Origin: Tubiluchus corallicola | Taxonomy: Eukaryota > Animalia > Priapulida | Length of the DNA: 12,572 nucleotides | Assembly: GCA_030141605.1 (NCBI GenBank) | Contig: JAQGDQ010002157.1 | Location: 1 to 12,572 of the forward strand | Direction of reading: 5' to 3' | Shown: positions 9,019-12,572 of the stretch, one piece after another | How the letters are laid out: every line of letters starts with the position of its first letter | Position numbering within the stretch: position 1 is the stretch's first letter | The notes under the pieces: generated by a model | The model's input: only the letters and a program-made list of their open reading frames with translations | Databases searched by the model: none | What the model was told of the DNA's origin: nothing | Position numbers and translations under genes: made by a program

Positions 9019-9439
9019 ATGGCTGGTAAGCAGACACGGGTTGTTTATACAGCTTCAAAAAGTAAATAAACTACAGTTGATTAAGGCCTACGATATTTAT
9101 TAGAATTACTTAACTGACACTTAAATTAATTAACAATTTAGTGCAAATTATCATGAACTTTGCTTTCCAGTCTCACGTTCTCGCAGTGAGAGACGACGTT
9201 CCAGTAGACGTTCCCGTTCCCGTTCTCGCCGACGTTCTCGTTATGGAAGACGTTCCCGTGGTCTGCACCGTCCTCCCCGTCGGCCCCCAGGACAACGACC
9301 TAAGCCTGGAGGGTAACGACCCAGGCCCCCACGGCAACAACCTAAGCCTGGAGGGCAACGACCTAGGCCCCCAGAGCAACGACCTCGGCCTCCAAGGCCA
9401 CGACCTAAGCCTAGGCCTAAAGGGAAACGACGGGGGTAG
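9019..9439 (+). CDS. Small Arg/Ser/Pro-rich protamine-like basic protein; join(9019..9025,9171..9439) with an internal TAA at 9314-9316 (50 aa as written, 91 aa if TAA was CAA)
   Basis: ATGGCTG|GTAAG donor at 9026 and TTTGCTTTCCAG acceptor at 9170 splice in frame to MAVSRSRSERRRSSRRSRSRSRRRSRYGRRSRGLHRPPRRPPGQRPKPGG*RPRPPRQQPKPGGQRPRPPEQRPRPPRPRPKPRPKGKRRG*. It is a GC-rich island in AT-rich DNA, with promoter motifs upstream and a polyA signal downstream. Confidence 0.75.
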
Positions 9440-9479
9440 GCCCATCTTTGCCGAAATACAAGTTCTGCAAAACTTCACG

Positions 9480-9784
9480 GTATGACAGCCTTACTGAGAA
9501 TATTTGTTGAATTGGAACTGCAGGTTATTTATTTTGACTTACAATGATGTATGAAATTGTACCGTAATTTATTAGCATTTCCGGAGTTGCAGTCAAACAC
9601 CACATTTTACTATTGTACATGAAGATACTGCTTACAGATGCACTGAGAAGTCGCAAATTTGTTTTGAGGGAAAGTTTCTTGCTGGAGAGAATTGATTTAT
9701 CTTTGATAAAACAGTATATTATTATTCAAAATTTTAAATCGCACTTAGAGCACCTTACTAACACATGATTTTTTTCTTTTTCAG
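9480..9784 (+). other. Putative 3' UTR intron of the protamine-like gene
   Basis: Donor CG|GTATGA at 9480, perfect branch point TACTAAC at 9756-9762, polypyrimidine tract and TTTTCAG acceptor ending at 9784. Confidence 0.6.
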
Positions 9785-9970
9785 AAATATTTATGAAAAT
9801 TCTCCCTAGCAAAATTGAAATGACAAATTTACAAGCAGAAGGGAAAAAGTTTCTGCCACAAAAAGTTTTCGATCTTCATCATTACTGTAACGTCAGATGA
9901 GCTTAGCTTCAGTGGAAAATCAACCTTTCGTACTTTCACGAAATTGTTAAACTAAATTGTAAAAAAAATT

Positions 9971-9976
9971 AATAAA
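9971..9976 (+). terminator. Polyadenylation signal of the protamine-like gene
   Basis: AATAAA followed by a T/GT-rich downstream element (TTTTTTTGGTTTT near 9993-10005). Confidence 0.55.
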
Positions 9977-10448
9977 GTTTTGGCTTAAAGCATTTTTTTG
10001 GTTTTATTGTATTGCAATTATGTGAAAAATCTGTGAAATTGTATCGTAATTATTATAAATGTTGTGATAATTTTTGCAACCAGTGTCGTCATAGTATTTT
10101 ATGCAGAAAATTAAAGCCATCTAATGAATGTAATACGAGTCTGAATTGGACATCAGCATGCCTTACACGCCCTATGTGGAGGAGGCTGCAAGCCATTATC
10201 CGTGCACTCCCTCAAATGCAGGGATTACTATGGCGTCGATTGTGAGGCTGGATCAGCACCTAGCTTAACAGAAAAGCAATTATACAAGATGCAATATACA
10301 TATACATCTATAATTATATATATTATCTTCATCTCCGTACAATTCATTAGATAAATGTACACGTTCTAATAGTTAGCAAATTTATTAAATTCCAGAGGTA
10401 AAAATAACTTCCAGTGCCCAATTAATTCAGACAGAAACATCTGAATCG

Positions 10449-10602
10449 TTACAACGCAGTTAAAGTCACGTTTTCGCAATAATCCACCTAAATAAAAATA
10501 CAGTGTAAAAAATACAAAAATCAACATGGCCCCAAGCAAACAAGACAAATACAATATTGATTTTTGTATTTTCATTTAGCTGGATTATTGCGTGAACATG
10601 AC
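10449..10602 (-). CDS. Possible small terminal exons of the minus-strand gene: join(10602..10553,10487..10449)
   Basis: Acceptors TTTTGTTTTAAG| (10602) and TTTTTATTTAG| (10487), weak donor GTATTT at 10552; spliced product (G)HVHAIIQLNENTKINIVDYCENVTLTAL*; minus-strand AATAAA at 10386-10381. The link to the mucin exon is not resolved. Confidence 0.25.
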
Positions 10603-11047
10603 CTTAAAACAAAACCGGATCCAATTTTTCACTGTAAGTCAAAACAATCTACTCTTTAAGATATTGAAAGGAATACTATTTTTTCAAAAATGAATGTGAA
10701 AGAATTATTACCACACAAACACAATTTCACGTTCCCGCCTCTAGTTCTTCGCTGTTACATGCATTTCACCATTTACTACTTAGACGGGTACTAGCGCGTG
10801 CATATCGGAAACAGTTTGCACAAAAAATAGGTACTGTACCTTTCAGCTCAAATGTGTTAGTTTGTCGATAAAGAAAACAAAAAAACCTCAAAGCGAGTTA
10901 AACGTTTACAACATGTATTCCCCAAGATCAATACATAGATAACCAAAATCAATAACAATTTTAAAGTACTGTAACAAAATGGGCTGTGTCCTAAACGAGG
11001 TTATTATTAACAAAGCATTTGCTGCTTTTATTTTTGCCAAAACGTCT

Positions 11048-12571
11048 TCACACTTGCAGAATAACATTTAGTGCAGTTGTAGGAGCTGTTGTAGTTTCAG
11101 GTGCACTTGTAGGTGCTGCTCTTGTTTCAGGTGCAGTTGTAGGTGCTGCTCTTGTTTCAGGTGCAGTTGTAGGAGCTGCTGCAGTTTCAGGTGCAGTTGT
11201 AGGTGCTGCTGTCGTTTCAGGTGCAGTTGTAGGTGCTGTTGTAGTTTCAGGTGCACTTGTAGGTGCTGTTGTAGTTTCAGGTGCACTTGTAGGAGCTGTT
11301 GTAGTTTCAGGTTCACTTGTAGGAGCTGTTGTAGTTTCAGGTGCAGTTGTAGGAGCTGTTGTAGTTTCAGGTGCACTTGTAGGAGCTGTTGTAGTTTCAG
11401 GTGCACTTGTAGGAGCTGTTGTAGTTTCAGGTGCACTTGTAGGAGCTGTTGTAGTTTCAGGTGCACTTGTAGGAGCTGTTGTAGTTTCAGGTGCACTTGT
11501 AGGAGCTGTTGTAGTTTCAGGTGCACTTGTAGGAGCTGTTGTAGTTTCAGGTGCACTTGTAGGAACTGTTGTAGTTTCAGGTGCACTTGTAGGAGCTGTT
11601 GTAGTTTCAGGTGCACTTGTAGGAGCTGTTGTAGTTTCAGGTGCACTTGTAGGAACTGTTGTAATTTCAGGTGCACTTGTAGGAGCTGTTGTAGTTTCAG
11701 GTGCACTTGTAGGAGCTGTTGTAGTTTCAGGTTCACTTGTAGGAGCTGTTGTAGTTTCAGGTGCACTTGTAGGTGCTGTTGTAGTTTCAGGTGCACTTGT
11801 AGGTGCTGTTGTAGTTTCAGGTGCACTTGTAGGTGCTGTTGTAGTTTCAGGTGCACTTGTAGGTGCTGCTGTAGTTTCAGGTGCACTTGTAGGTGCTGTT
11901 GTAGTTTCAGGTTCACTTGTAGGAGCTGTTGTAGTTTCAGGTGCACTTGTAGGAGCTGTTGTAGTTTCAGGTGCAGTTGTAGGTGCTGTTGTAGTTTCAG
12001 GTGCAGTTGTAGGTGCTGTTCTTGTTTCAGGTGCACTTGTAGGAGCTGTTGTAGTTTCAGGTGCACTTGTAGGTGCTGTTGTAGTTTCAGGTGCAGTTGT
12101 AGGTGCTGTTGTAGTTTCAGGTGCAGTTGTAGGTGGCAATGTCGTTTCAGGTGTAGTTGTAGGAGGTGCTGTAGTTTCAGGTGCAGTTGTAGGTGCTGTT
12201 GTAGTTTCAGGTGCACTTGTAGGAGCTGTTGTAGTTTCAGGTGCACTTGTAGGTGCTGTTGTAGTTTCAGGTGCAGTTGTAGGTGCTGTTGTAGTTTCAG
12301 GTGCAGTTGTAGGAGCTGTTGTAGTTTCAGGTGCAGTTGTAGGAGCTGTTGTAGTTTCAGGTGCACTTGTAGGAGCTGTTGTAGTTTCAGGTGCAGTTGT
12401 AGGAGCTGTTGTAGTTTCAGGTGCACTTGTAGGAGCTGTTGTAGTTTCAGGTGCACTTGTAGGAGCTGTTCTTGTTTCAGGTGCAGTTGTAGGAGCTGTT
12501 GTAGTTTCAGGTGCAGTTGTAGGAGCTGTTGTAGTTTCAGGTACACTTGCAGGAACTGTTGTAGTTTCAGG
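11048..12571 (-). CDS. Mucin-like Pro/Thr/Ser-rich repeat protein, partial (open from the right window edge)
   Basis: The frame is open for about 507 codons of (PETTTAPT[S/T]A)n, extending upstream of the listed TTG start at 12139. All variants preserve the 30-nt unit and a common variant (GCT/GCA) is synonymous in this frame. It ends ALNVILQV* or at a CAA|GTGTGA donor. Confidence 0.7.
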   Translation of the reverse strand, partial: PETTTVPASVPETTTAPTTAPETTTAPTTAPETRTAPTSAPETTTAPTSAPETTTAPTTAPETTTAPTSAPETTTAPTTAPETTTAPTTAPETTTAPTTAPETTTAPTSAPETTTAPTSAPETTTAPTTAPETTAPPTTTPETTLPPTTAPETTTAPTTAPETTTAPTSAPETTTAPTSAPETRTAPTTAPETTTAPTTAPETTTAPTSAPETTTAPTSEPETTTAPTSAPETTAAPTSAPETTTAPTSAPETTTAPTSAPETTTAPTSAPETTTAPTSEPETTTAPTSAPETTTAPTSAPEITTVPTSAPETTTAPTSAPETTTAPTSAPETTTVPTSAPETTTAPTSAPETTTAPTSAPETTTAPTSAPETTTAPTSAPETTTAPTSAPETTTAPTSAPETTTAPTTAPETTTAPTSEPETTTAPTSAPETTTAPTSAPETTTAPTTAPETTAAPTTAPETAAAPTTAPETRAAPTTAPETRAAPTSAPETTTAPTTALNVILQV

Positions 12572-12572
12572 T
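11071..12572. repeat. 30-bp minisatellite, about 50 copies
   Basis: Unit GTGCA(C/G)TTGTAGG(A/T)GCTGTTGTAGTTTCAG in perfect register from 11071 to the window end. Confidence 0.99.

Noticed and set aside
9141-9485. Listed ORFs 9141-9485 (+) and 9173-9478 (-)
   Set aside because: Shadow frames of the Arg-rich exon; the plus one starts at a GTG inside the intron, and the splice signals select the third frame.
10366-10575. 69-aa hydrophobic ORF resembling a transmembrane anchor for the mucin
   Set aside because: The hydrophobic stretch coincides with a T-rich, intron-like segment ending in TTTAG; it cannot be excluded but is not supported.
11068-12546. 492-aa (LKLQQLLQVH)n coiled-coil-like ORF
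   Set aside because: Alternative frame of the 30-bp repeat; the common A/T variant is synonymous only in the PTS frame, which is also a known protein type.

Overview
AT-rich, repeat-dense eukaryotic (invertebrate-animal-like) genomic DNA with spliceosomal introns; it is not prokaryotic, and nearly all ORFs in the supplied track are microsatellite artefacts. From left to right: a 135-bp tandem repeat; a hAT-type MITE with an 8-bp TSD; a co-oriented minus-strand stack of a LINE (RTE-X-like) 3' end with a (CATA)n tail, a Penelope-like element 3' end (GIY-YIG remnant plus decayed hammerhead), and about 18.5 copies of an 89-bp satellite in which every unit carries a minimal Penelope-type hammerhead ribozyme motif; a (CAA)n tract; a (TAAA)n tract with 120-bp higher-order structure; a tRNA-derived SINE; a second hAT MITE inserted into another LINE remnant; a small intron-containing Arg/Ser/Pro-rich protamine-like gene missed by the ORF track, with CRE and RFX X-box promoter motifs and an apparent CAA>TAA premature stop; and a convergent mucin-like (PETTTAPTSA)n reading frame running off the right edge. 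The strongest candidates for novelty are the 89-nt hammerhead satellite (retrozyme-like) and the protamine-like gene. All family assignments are from motif recognition by eye, not database searches.
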